60,417 bases of DNA, taken from NCBI GenBank assembly GCA_010093815.1, contig ML996589.1, one strand, 5' to 3'. This document shows positions 49,796 to 60,417 of the stretch, piece by piece; position 1 is the first letter of the stretch; every line of letters starts with the position of its first letter. The stretch comes from Pseudovirgaria hyperparasitica. Its lineage: Eukaryota. The translations under genes and the position numbers were made by a program. The notes under the pieces were generated by a model. The model ran no database searches and was not told where the DNA came from. It saw only the letters and a program-made list of their open reading frames with translations.

Positions 49796-51115
49796 TTAGG
49801 CGGTAGTCTTTCGCTTCTTTGGGGGATCGCTAGTATCTCGCGGCGGCGTGGGCACCATAATCTCCGGTTTTTGTCCGGGCAGAGATGCGACACTAGACCC
49901 CGTATTCACTGATTGCGTTGCAGAGACCGATGAAGTAGAGTCTTCATTGACACGCAAATTTGTGAGCGCGAGTCGAATGTCATCAAGCCGGGTGGTTCTT
50001 CCCCATTCAACGATGTTTCGCAGAACTCTCCTGTACTTCTGGACACCGTCTTCATCAGAGAGGTACGTCCTTAGTATTGGCTCCATGTGATACGCATCAC
50101 CGCCAGCACATTCTGAATGTTCACGCCATATGACGTAGACCTCGAGTGAGAACATGTTGCAAACAACGCTAAAGTGGCATGTTCGTACTGGTGACGTGTC
50201 ATAACAAGCTTTCTCATAGAAGGTATGCAGATGGCGTATAATTGTTGGTCCATCTCGCGCACTCTGGATGCGGGCGTATGAAAGACCCTCTCCTTGAGAT
50301 GTCTTCCATTGTGCGGTAATGAAGGGGAAAAGTAGTTGGTTGGCCAGGAAAAGCTTTCGACCGTCCAGAAGCGCTTCATCGCCATTCTTGAATGCAGAAT
50401 CAATGCCTGAATACTCTGCTTCCAGTGCAGTCACATAGCCCAACGCATCATCTGGCTGTGGCTGGGCGAGGGCACCGTAAGCGTCCTTGTATGTTTGTTC
50501 AAGTGCATTCGGTAAAAAGGATCGCGCTAAGTTATTTTTCGGTTTGCTAACAAGATAGCGGTAACCATTCTCTCTGTCATTTGCCTCTCCCGCGATCCAC
50601 AAGTATGGCCTGGCCAGATCAATTCCTGCTTGTTCGTTGCAGAGCAGCATAAGCTGCCGATGTCTGTCGGCGACCTTTTGCGGGGTTGTGCTGCCGAGTC
50701 CCAGGTCGTTCTCTTTTATGCCCGCGATGAATTGTTTTAGATCTTGCGGCATTGGCTTCCCAGTGTCAACAGATATACCGTAACCATTGAGTTTTTTAAG
50801 GAATTGATGTGGTTGTATCAGGCTACGTCCGGACGACGTCGACTTCGTTGGAGAACCTGGCATTGGTGCTATACTACCATTTATCTCCGCCAGACGTCGA
50901 AGATTAGAATAGGTAAGCGGAAGTGAGACCGAGGGCTCGACGGAGGGTGAAGGTTCGGGCGAAGGGATTCTAGCTGAGACCGACCTATAGCGACAGTTAA
51001 GACTGGGATATAGTTAAAGAGAGTGAGAGACGAACGTGTAGGAGGCCCTCCTTCTCTTTGATGCTGGAATGTCGGAGGCCAAGCATCCGTCGTCGCGAGC
51101 GCGCTTTGGAAGCAT
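49796..51115 (-). CDS. PD-(D/E)XK nuclease-fold-like fungal protein (DUF7924-like); one premature stop, 355-aa ORF from 50863
   Basis: Motifs PQPDDALG, FPFITAQWK, ARIQSARDG, HFSVV..VYVIW, YHM, RNIVEWG..TRL. The frame extends to an ATG at 51115 (MLPKRAR..SKRRR) with a single TAA at 51014-51016. C-terminal PPKKRK. Confidence 0.75.
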
Positions 51116-53187
51116 TCACGTGTGGATTCAAATCTCAATATCGTAAGCTTTTCATTAGCGTAACGTAGAGAATTGCAGCAGCAAAGAGAGTATGCGCACG
51201 TCCTGCACAGACAATTATAATGTAATGCGCAAGTAAATCAATGATGATGGATGTGATCCAATGTGGTTGCTTGGTGGACGGGTTGATGCTGGGCGGAGAC
51301 TACTCCGCTCGACGGCCGGAGTTTAGCCAGTGAGTGCCCCAAACGCTGACCTTATTAGATCCTTTTACTCTTAAGGTTACAAGTCGAGACAGGTCAAGTC
51401 ACAGGATACAGACAAACACTGCTAACGGAACACGATGCTCTCGATCGAAGTCATGATACACTGTATGAACTCCTCCATTACCTTCCACTTGGGCATATTA
51501 CAATATCTGACACAGAATAGCGATTAAAGCATACTCGTTGGAAATGTAGTACAATCGTGAGCCTCTTTACAGCTGTGTTACAATAAAATCGAATTATATA
51601 ATAATAAATGGATCTGATGAACAAGGCCATTGAACTGAGGCCGCAAGCCTATCGAATTCAAGAACGGCTTTGATCTCCGGATAGGACGTACAGTCAGCCT
51701 ACTAGAATAAGAGATGTGCATTCACAGTCTTACTTTCGAGCTGGCTACCCTTTCTGAACCTTCTTCACAAGCAGCGCCCTTGACTCAAGCCGTTTTAACC
51801 TCCAGAATCATACACGAATGAACCACCGGCAAGCTCATTGCGCTGGAAAGGACTTCGATTCGCTGCGCAGAGAATATTTTGGAGGATTTCAGTATACCAT
51901 TGGCTTTGCCCCTATCTATAGTTACTCTCGTTTGTGGAAGGGACACCATCAGCTTATTAAAAGATTCTCCTATCCAAGGGATGTGAGTTATTCACTATAG
52001 AAGAACAGAGTAGACAAGACAGTCTCTAAGACACCGTAGCACTGATAAGCTTAGGCTGGTAATAATACGCCACGACCTACTACCATTCTGTATGCTCGAG
52101 GAAGTCCATCGAAGGTGCACATAGTAGAGAGATTGCTTAGTAGTAATCTATAAAATGTGCAAATTTAGACGAGGCTATACATTTCTTCTTGCGGAAGATA
52201 TGAAGAAGAGTGTGTACCGATCTACCTTAGCTTAAATACCACCCTGAAGAATGTGTATAGAAAGCTTAGTTGAGATACTATCGCCGTTAGTGCACTTGTT
52301 ATCAAAGTCTTCAAACCACAATAGATGTCTTGAAGCGTCGCAATATCGAGAATCTGGAAATCTAACCGGGCTAATCACGAGGGAGCGACGTGACGTTGGA
52401 AGAATTCACGACGCGCCCTAGTGTATCTACTATAATCTTGCTAGCACATAGACCCTCGTAATTTAGCAGCGAGTCGAGTATAAAGTCAAGTATGAATGAC
52501 GTTCTTCGATTATATGGCGCTCAAGGCAATTTCTTAGTCGTCCATTTAGACATAACTTTGAAAACGAGCACGTTGGAACAACGTTTAACAGTGGGCTTCG
52601 CTACCCATTCTCCCATAGGTTCATCTTCCAAATCACGTCTTCGTATATGGGTTCCCTGACGGTTGGATCTTGGCTCCTGAAATGGTAAAAAAATCATCAA
52701 ATTCATGGTTACGGAGGCGATGATCACTGGCCACTTCGTCTATAAGCCAACGATCAATGCCACGAAGGGGCATGTACTGCAATTCTAGGGTCGCTACGAG
52801 CTACAAGAATAGAGTCAGGGCATCACATCGTAACGACCATAATCAAATTGGAGACTGCGCACTGATTTTTTCCGTGTAGCTTAGGATAGTAAGTATCTAC
52901 ACTGTATATACTTTGAACACGTTCTCTCCGTCGTGCGATCATATATTTATTAACGTTCTAGCTATTACTATTAACACTCTTCCGGCATAAGGTTACGAGC
53001 ATGAACCCCTATAAGCTTATGGTTCTATCTAAGTTTATACTAATTATAATATAAAGATACTAACCCGGATTTAGAGTCGCCTTCTAATATTATTATCTAG
53101 TCCCTTTAGAGATCTATATACTATTTACTACTAATTAGAATACTACCTATAGCTATAAATTCTACTTTACTACTACGATGTAGTTGT

Positions 53188-53385
53188 TCCACTTCCTATC
53201 CACTTCCTATCTACTTCCTGTCCACTTCCTGTCTACTTTCTATCCACTTCCTATCCACTTCCTATCCACTTTCTATCCACTTTCTATCCACTTTCTATCT
53301 ACTTTCTATCCACTTTCTATCTACTTCCTATTCTTTTTCTATCCGCTTCCTATCTATTCTATATCTACTTTCTATCTATATCTAA
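53188..53385 (+). repeat. 11-bp-period TCCAC array, ~18 units
   Basis: tccacttccta/tccactttcta units. Confidence 0.95.
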
Positions 53386-53546
53386 GCTACCTTATGGCCT
53401 AGTAAGAGAATATTCTTCTTAAGTATATTAATTATAATATAACTATAGCTAGAGACATGTCTATATAGATCTATAGATACGGCCTTCTATAATAGATTAT
53501 ATAAGGTCTATTATTAATAAGACGTATATAATATCTTAACCTTTAG

Positions 53547-53787
53547 TATTAGAATAGATACTATAATAGACCTAACTAGATTACTCTAGTCTAGTACGGT
53601 CCTATAATAGATAGACCTAGACTAAGTTAGCTAGATTAAGTAAGACTACTATATAAGTAAACTATATAAATCTAATTCCTACTTCTTAGGAATTAACCTC
53701 GTTATAAGAGTAGACTACCCTTTAAATATATTCTTATAACCCTTCTATAACTTATTAGACTACTATTCTACGTCTATAATTCTTATA
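53547..53787 (+). mobile_element. Solo LTR of the A/B chromovirus family, opposite orientation to A and B
   Basis: Reverse-complement match to the A/B LTRs over 241 bp; TSD TTTAG at 53542-53546 and 53788-53792. Confidence 0.92.
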
Positions 53788-55135
53788 TTTAGACTATAGT
53801 ACTAGAATCTAATAGAGTTTCTTAGTCTATTATAGCTTAATAAAGAATAAAGAAGCGAATATACATGTAAATGTTCTAGAGATCTATGCGTCTACTAACT
53901 GGTTTCTTCTTGAGATTATTGATATTCTCGCTAGAGAGGTATCTACGTAACTTAAGACACTGCGTTTATATAGCGTGTGGTACTAGGCTAACCAAATTGA
54001 CGTGTGTCATTATAAGACAGGCCAAAGAAATCCCATCTTCCATCATTCATTCCCCAAGGTTCGAATCTACTATACATCTTTAAGCTCACTGCTCGAACGC
54101 TATTCTCTTCGGAGGTTTAAGCAGTAGTTTAGCATTCCGCTCTGCAGGTTCTAATCCAAACCGAGGGGCAGAACGGCTTCGAAAGACTGATAGTACGACC
54201 ACATTACCTCCTCGGACACCGAATTTGGCGCAGCAAGTAACACAGCCTCTGCGTGCAGCCCAAAGAATTCATCAGTGACATATCCCACCCCTAGGACATT
54301 CGTCCACGATCCAAATTACAATTTGTGTAGTATCTAGGAGCTGGTGCTCCTCCGTTTGGCTACGAAGGACATCTACGAGCTCCCTCGTCGACAACGTAAC
54401 TTGAGTTCAATGTTCAGCGCCGATCAAAATCGTGCTCAGTTGCCAGCCTAACTGAGAACGTTTCTGTCTTCAGAAGGGAGCGTGGTGCTGGTTGAATGAG
54501 GAGAATGTCTCGCACCTGGCCAGGTTGACATGCTTCCGTAGAAGCCCTGGCCAACCAGAAGCATTCGCATGTGATATGTCTGGGCGTCCAATATATAGCC
54601 GTGCCATTGGTCGTCAACGCCCAATCTCTTGTCTTAATGCATTTCGAAGAAGAAATAGCCCTATTGTGAGTAGTCAGAGGAACACAGCTAGCACGGAGGC
54701 GCCGTGTCCACGAGAGCTGAACTCAGCGCGTCAACCACTCCCAGACGTATATTTACCACTGCCACTGATTCCATGACAGAGGTAAGACGTATATTCTGCG
54801 CCTGCACAACCAACCACGCAAGTCAGGCGTTTGCATCTGTTTGACTTGGTGGCAGTAAAGTTACAGGACCATCACTGCGTTGCCAGAAACCGACAGGACC
54901 ATGCCTGGTCTTGTTTATATCAGTGGTGAAAACCCAACCGCTGCCCGCACACTGATTATAGTACCTGCTCTAAGCCTCGGCTTTCACTTGTCACAAATGT
55001 GACGCGAGGCTTCTATTGATTGTGTTGGCATGCTGGATGACATGTTATGGTATGCTTTTGGGGAGCCTAACGTTCAAGTCCTGAATCAAGGCGGTGATTA
55101 CCGTCGCTTGAACCTCAAGATCTTCCGCCTCAGAT

Positions 55136-56100
55136 ATGACCTCAAGACATCCGTTCATGTATGTCTTTGCTGGCAGTCTCAGTCACTATCGTAAGGTGTA
55201 TTCGGATTCGCCATGCACGACACGTCCAATTCCCTCAAAAATCGCGGGTGCGATGTACATGGCTGAGTTGCTGGTGACGGTGGCTGCGGCTTTCATAGAT
55301 GCTATCGAGAGCTTGTTTGCGATGGCTGACCTGGCCTGCTTCTTGTCAACTCCCCTGATTGAGACTGGAGACGATAATCATCTGCGACAATGCCTAGATC
55401 CACAGTGTGCTACAGGAGCACTGCACGAGATTGTAACAGCACGTGGATGTGTATGGCCTTGACCGACTCGCTAGGCTCGATCGATTCGCTAGGCTTGACC
55501 AATTCGCAAGGCTTTACCGATTCGCAAGGCTTTTGACCGATTCATAGGCGTGACCGTGATGAAGATTCAGAAGATATACTTGAGCACCAATTGCTCCACT
55601 GACCTGAGCGCGATCTCGAAGTCCCTAATAGCTATGAAGAAGAAGTCAGTACAAAGACGGTGGCACCGAATTTACTGGCTGTTTCGAGATACTTTACGAC
55701 CGGCTCATTTAACGAGCTCGGCAGGGTCAGCAGCAGGTGAAGTGTCATATTCCCTCGCAAAGGTATGCACAAAGAGAATCACTTTCGCGGCCTATCAATA
55801 CCTTATGAAGACGATACTTGTTGCGAAGTGGCGCGGGTCCGGCGTCACTCACGACGACGTCGCTCCATATTTGAGCAACCATCGTGCACGCAAGAGGAAC
55901 GCCGTCATACAGAGGGTCGTCGATATAAGGGGAGCGAGGGGATGGTATGGGACAGTGATACCAAGGGGCTTCGCACTGGAGAAGAAGACTCTGTGCCGAT
56001 GGCGGAGTTCATCATGGCCAAGGTTCGGACCATTGTTAAAATTTCGTACACATGCGAGCGCATGAACATTAAGCTGATCGATATGCTTTCAAGAATGTAA
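55136..56100 (+). pseudogene. Possible spliced or frameshifted hypothetical gene
   Basis: ORFs 55136-55462, 55550-56065 and 55765-56100 surround an intron-like segment at 55451-55547; reading frame ambiguous. Confidence 0.3.
55458..55548 (+). repeat. 18-bp imperfect tandem repeat x5
   Basis: ttgaccgattcgcWaggc units. Confidence 0.85.
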
Positions 56101-57416
56101 GGAGGAGGGATACCGGTTGACCCAACTAAGCGTACGAAGACAAGTTCGAGTGAAATATATACTTAGACGTTTCAAAACCGGGTTTCGTCTATGCGTCTCG
56201 GTAGGCAATCGCGTCATGGTTGGAAGTAGAGGTCGGAATTTACTTCTTCACATAGTTATATCAGGCTTACTCTATCGATCTAACAAGCCCATTTAGAGAA
56301 TGTTCGGACCTTGTGCCCGTTTGTCGCTGATGACTTCCTCCTTGCGTCGTCATTGTCTAGTGGACGTTAGTACCCAACAAACAAGTTTTATCTACATTCT
56401 CCCTTGGTCGCCGAATATACTTCTTAATGAAACGGACGCACTTTGCTGTCACGCCTAGCGCTCTACTGCCTATGGAGGCCACTGCAAAATCCGCTTCGTG
56501 CCTCTTTCTGCATGCATAGTACGTGCAAGATTATCGACCCTTGCGCGTCGACGGAACCTCCACTTCTAGAAACGTGCACTCGATATTAACCAGATACGAC
56601 CGCACGAAGACAAGCCCTTTCGTTGTTGGCGTACCTAAAGGATGTTACACGTCTACTACGCCGAGCCAACTTGTGAAGCCTGTATCGTGCTTCTTGTCTC
56701 TTCTTCTCATGTAGCCGAGGGTAGTAACATCAACGACCTCGCATCCTGCCGTATGCTCAGCGCTCGCTCCCGTGCAACTCCGAAAACGGTCAGTCATGTC
56801 GTGGACGAAGCACCGAAATGCGTGCTCTTCATTCATGGCTGTGAGTACGGGCAATTACGTCTCCGATCAGGTCATTATTCGGACGTGCGGAGTGGATGGA
56901 GGCATGCGAATGATACCGTAAGTTGTGGCTGTGTTGTGTGTCATTAATGACTGGTTGTGTTTCTTGAGGTTCTTGAAGCCGTATGTATACGAGAGGCAAG
57001 ACCATGATCAAGTAAAGAGATATAAATAGGTATCGAGTAAGCAGCAACGTGAGAGGGAGATGGGATAGAGGCTGTAGTAGCTAATACACATGTAGTAGAA
57101 GGGTTGTGTGCAATGTTCTAAAGTAGATTGTTTAAGCGTACCCGTCCCACGCACTTCGGAGTTGTAACCTGAATTAGTAGGAGTCGAGTGAACGCAAGTG
57201 CTATAGAGCTCTGACGCCAAGGCACTAGTCACTAGGGCGACCACCTCTCCTCCATCCATTTGTTGCACACCTCTGCTCCAGCTGCCGGCCACCTCTTTCT
57301 CTACGTTGCGGCCATCGACAGCTTTTGTTTGCTTATTCGCTTCGTTTATCAGCACCAACCTACGTTCCGATCCACACCTGTCCACCTATAGGCATAGGCA
57401 TGCAGCCATTTTCTCC

Positions 57417-59374
57417 ATGCCTACAGTGTCTAGTATAGAGCCTCCTGATCCTGAATTTTACCTCGTACGACCGCACCACTGGACCAAAGAGTCTCTCCTC
57501 CTCGGCTTCCAGCTCGACGAGATCCTGTGGGAGAACCATTACCTCAAGATCGGCAAGCAATTCCTGCAAGGCACGACTGAGGAACAGCTGCAAGAGAACT
57601 TCTACCAGCTGCTACCGGAGGCCGTCAAGAATGGCGACGATCACATCAGGGAGAATTGGCTACGCGCCGGCATCCGCGTGCATGTGAAGAGGATCATGAA
57701 GAAACCTAAAAAGTCATTCACCCGCGCAAAGAACTCGAAGGTACGTAACTACTGCAGGCGTGCTGATTGTCAAGTCACTAATTCACATATCTACGGTAGA
57801 TATCCGGCTCTGCTCGGGCGACTTCGTCGCCCAATTCTCGTTCACCTTCCCCACAGCCTCGCCGACATGCCACCAGAGGTAACACTCGTAATAACACAGC
57901 TCCTCCAGATCCAACGATCAGTACATCCTTCCACAAACGCATCCAAGCTTGCGCCAGTGCCGCTCGCGCGCGAAAATCCAACTCCTCTGCACCTCGAGCC
58001 CGCCGTCACGTTGACCGTGCGAGTTCACCCGAAGTCTCTCGCCGTCAACACGCTCCCACCCTCGACGACATACGCGAAGAAACGGACATACTCGACTCGG
58101 AACTTGGCAAGTCTCGCGCCTACCAGTCTAAAGGGCCATACCTGTCAAGCGACGAAGACGTATCCTACGAGAGTTCATCCAGCGACGACGAATCGTTAGA
58201 CGGAGAGGATACGCGGTCTAAGTGTGAAGAATTGTCTAAAGAGCTTGAGCTGAATAACATTGAAGAGGATTCGGCATTGGAACTGACTGATTTGGGTGGC
58301 GGAGAAGAAGATACGGGTGTCGAATTGCCTGATTTCGGCGGCGGTCATGAGGACAACGGTAGCGGACTCGCGAATTCATTTGAGCCGGAAGACCCGTTAG
58401 AGCCTCATTGTGTAGAGCGAAACGAGAACAGCCACTCGGCAGCCAATGGTGCCACAACTGCACCTGCCCAAAACCCTTCGAACGCATGTGTCATCGACCC
58501 AATGGCTGGCGTCAATCATCATAAACGCAAGAGGTCTGACGCTTCGGCGCCGGATAGCAGTAGAGATCCACCACGCAAGAGACTTCAGTCCGGCTTGCGT
58601 AATGAGACCACTGCCCCACACTCAGAGACAGATAATCCCATGGGGCGCCAGAACGGTGTTACAAACTGCATCATTCAAAAGTCAACGAAAAAAGACGTTG
58701 GTAGCACCGCAGCACTAATTGCAATCGAGAAACTTTTCCCGATGCCAGATCGAAAGGACTGCGAGGACACGTGTCTGACTAGAGTCAAGGAATTGCTCCA
58801 GCATGGGCATACTGAGCTTGGTTCCAGACGTGAAACACATCAGGCAACGGTGAAAGAACTTGAGGCTTGCTCTTTATTAGAGCTGTCATGTAAGCAAGAG
58901 AAGGCGAAGGCTGACTCTAAGATCTCGAAACTTTCCAAAAAGATCAGTCGATTTGCCAAAGAGCTCGAAAGACTTGGTGACAATGACATTGCGGTAGCTG
59001 ACTCCGATGTCCCCGATAGTTCTGAGGACGATAGCGACTGCGAACTTCTTAATGGACGGTATAAACTCGCAGAGAAACTCCGAAGCCGCCTTAACGAAAA
59101 GTCGAAGATACAGGCAGTACAGAAGAAGGAAGCAGAGAAGCTCTCCACTGAACTGGCTGTAGTGAAGGCCAAGTGCGAAAGTCTCGCCGCAAAAGAAGAG
59201 GATGAGCGCACCCAATATACCTACCTAAAGGTCGAGTTATCCAAGGCAAAGGAGTACTACATCACAGAACTTAACAACGCAATTGCGTTTTGCAATACGC
59301 TGGATGTTGATAGCGAGGATGAAGTGCTAGATAAGGCGCCCGTTAGCGTGGACGTAGTGAGTATTGGTGTCTAA
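57417..59374 (+). CDS. Intact two-exon hypothetical protein, 632 aa (N-terminal helical domain, disordered S/R/acidic middle, C-terminal coiled coil)
   Basis: Exon 1 at 57417-57740, phase-0 intron at 57741-57799 (GTACGT...CACTAAT...TAG), exon 2 at 57800-59374 in frame with ORF 58232-59374; bipartite NLS-like KRKR..PPRKR. Confidence 0.8.
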
Positions 59375-59680
59375 GGGCCTGGCTTGGGGGATGGCTCACG
59401 CATACTCCGTAGGTTCAACCATGTTATGATTTGGAGGAATTCTCGAAGCGAGCTTTTCGGTTTGTGTGCATGTTGCGAATACTATGCGCCAGAGCTGATG
59501 CGGCTCGACGACGCACATGTTGAGTAGGATTCATTCAACTCGGTTTTCGGATGACGTCTTGCGTGTTATTTCCGGGAGTTTTAGGTAAATGATACCCAGG
59601 GTAGCCTTCTATAAAGTGTTTCCTTAATGAGTGATTTGTAAACGAATGATTCTAGTTATATAGGTTCATTATAATCTAGT

Positions 59681-59805
59681 TCCACCTCTTGTCCACCTCT
59701 TGTCCACCTCTCGTCCACCTCTTATCCATCTCTTATCCACCTCTTATCCACCTTCCATCCACCTCTTATTTACCTTATATCTATATCTTATCTATATCTT
59801 TCTAC
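59681..59805 (+). repeat. 11-bp-period TCCAC array, ~11 units
   Basis: tccacctcttg/tccacctctta units grading into RIP-type tctat units. Confidence 0.95.
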
Positions 59806-60417
59806 TTTTCTATTACTAGTAGATAGATAATAATTCTTTAGAGTACTATTCTAAATCTAAAAGTAATACTCTAGATAACTAGTAGTCTTCTTTAGTAGCT
59901 CTAATATTTAATCTCTTACTAGAGTTATCTATATCTAATAGTTAGTAACTAGAAGATATATATAGCTTTTAGAGATAATAGATAGCTTTCTAGAAGATAT
60001 TTCTATAGAAATAATAATAATATTTATTAGAACCTAGCCTTAGATATAACTATATCTATATATATCTTAGCTAACTTAGTTAGAAGGTAGTATAATAGAT
60101 AGTAAATAGTTATATACTAAATAGATTAGCGTCCCTTTATATATATATATACTCTTAGATTTCTACTAAGAGAGTTTAGTAGTAATTTATTCTATAATAG
60201 AATATACTCTATTATTCTATCTAACTATACTACTATCTAATAACTCTATTCTTATATTTAAATTACTTTCTATATAGTACTATAGTTAAGATAGTCTAAC
60301 TAGAACTAAGAAGATTAATATAATCTACTATAGAGATAAGTAATACTATATTAAATAATAGAGATCCTCTATAATTAGTATTAAATCTAGCTATTTCTAA
60401 CTAAGAAGTAGAGATAT
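59806..60417. other. Heavily RIP-mutated sequence running off the window
   Basis: Extreme TpA enrichment and no ORFs; identity not recoverable by eye. Confidence 0.8.

Noticed and set aside
53188..53385. CRISPR-like or telomeric array
   Set aside because: Units are 11 bp with no unique spacers and no TTAGGG; eukaryotic context
53184..53402. 72-aa hydrophobic ORF MFHFLSTSY...
   Set aside because: Translation of the 11-bp TCCAC array
55365..55405. TIIICDNA*IH resembling a Tc1/mariner DDE motif
   Set aside because: No downstream PxYSPDLNPIE motif, no terminal inverted repeats and no TA duplication seen
58397..59215. Minus-strand ORFs overlapping the 632-aa gene
   Set aside because: Antisense shadows of the coiled-coil coding region
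1..60417. Starship captain (DUF3435), Spok/kinase, NLR or HET genes
   Set aside because: No supporting motifs recognised in any frame I could read

Overview
Fungal (filamentous ascomycete-type) genomic DNA, gene-poor and accessory-like. A ~29.6 kb AT-rich block (~13.4-43.0 kb) carries a strong repeat-induced point mutation (RIP) signature and resolves into three full-length Ty3/Gypsy LTR retrotransposons, all on the minus strand and all with target-site duplications (TSD). Chromovirus copy A spans 14110-33562 (TSD CTAGT). A non-chromoviral, Ylt1-like element C is nested in A's gag (21346-32784, 4-bp TSD CTAG). Chromovirus copy B spans 34761-42803 (TSD ATTCT). A related solo LTR lies at 53547-53787 (TSD TTTAG). 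Manual reading through RIP stops shows that both retroelement families carry an extra gene. Element C has a ~978-codon ORF with a PhyH-like 2-oxoglutarate/Fe(II) dioxygenase domain and its own promoter. A and B have an antisense, intron-containing gene with an inferred Cys-cluster motif. The flanks hold lightly RIP-damaged genes of unknown function, two PD-(D/E)XK nuclease-like genes, one intact 632-aa spliced gene, and three separate 11-bp-period TCCAC arrays, each next to RIP-damaged DNA. Protein family assignments come from motif recognition by eye, not from database searches.
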